33,812 nucleotides of DNA from Dehalococcoidales bacterium. Lineage in GTDB: Bacteria; Chloroflexota; Dehalococcoidia; Dehalococcoidales; GCA-2688105. Below the pieces are notes generated by a model, which ran no database searches, was not told where the DNA came from, and was given only the letters and a program-made list of their open reading frames with translations. Below, one piece after another: positions 33,755 to 33,812 of this stretch; position 1 is the first letter of the stretch, and each line of letters opens with the position of its first letter. A program made the translations under genes and the position numbers. The stretch is taken from assembly GCA_030640255.1 (NCBI GenBank), contig DAOWJS010000006.1, forward strand, positions 1 through 33,812. Reading direction: 5' to 3'.

Positions 33755-33812
33755 ATTCTAATAACTGGCGGCGCTCGCAGTGGCAAGAGCCGTTTTGCCC
33801 AGGAGCTGGCGC
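33755..33812 (+). CDS. cobU: adenosylcobinamide kinase/adenosylcobinamide-phosphate guanylyltransferase, N-terminal fragment (runs off the right edge)
   Basis: The frame reads (I)NILITGGARSGKSRFAQELA with the CobU/CobP P-loop GGxRSGKS. An in-frame TAG lies at 33746-33748, leaving only ATA (33749) or ATT (33755) as possible starts. GGGGGTGAGG lies just upstream. Confidence 0.7.
   Translation, partial: MLITGGARSGKSRFAQELA

Overview
This 33.8-kb window has bacterial gene organisation. Gene content and the btuCD-cbiB-cobD-cobT-cobS-cobC-cobU order resemble corrinoid-salvaging Dehalococcoidia/Chloroflexota, but that taxonomic guess is inference only. There are four blocks. (1) 1 to ~7100 is an accessory/mobile block. 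It holds an ORF-poor 1.1-kb stretch with phased short repeats and a dense TACCT/AGGTA palindrome array. On the minus strand sit a winged-helix protein, three tandem short tyrosine recombinases (two with a zinc ribbon inside the catalytic domain), a small resolvase-type HTH protein, a small basic protein and an AbrB/SpoVT protein. Divergent from these are a Zn-ribbon protein and a HEPN (RNxxxH) protein, followed by GC-rich palindromic REP/MITE-like repeats. (2) 7124-18609 is a surface-glycan cluster. A 7-gene minus-strand operon encodes a polytopic membrane protein, AsnB, three GT4 glycosyltransferases, a methyltransferase and WecB. It converges on a second AsnB paralog with a degenerate glutaminase site, which is bracketed by a 72-bp inverted repeat. 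(3) 18823-26049 is mostly housekeeping: a trpS-archease-rtcB operon, a Fur-family regulator plus membrane protein with two palindromic boxes, a methyltransferase, a small Cys-containing protein and a Cas4/RecB-like PD-(D/E)XK nuclease. (4) 26052-33812 is a cobalamin-riboswitch-controlled corrinoid uptake and lower-ligand attachment operon, with an MJ0570/Dph6-type PP-loop ATPase inserted between cobC and cobU. The best candidates for something undescribed are the minimal Zn-ribbon tyrosine-recombinase trio with its adjacent repeat array, the AbrB/Zn-ribbon/HEPN module it carries, the inverted repeat around the degenerate AsnB paralog, and the PP-loop gene in the cobamide operon. No rRNA, tRNA or CRISPR array was seen. 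All family calls come from motif recognition by eye; no searches were run.
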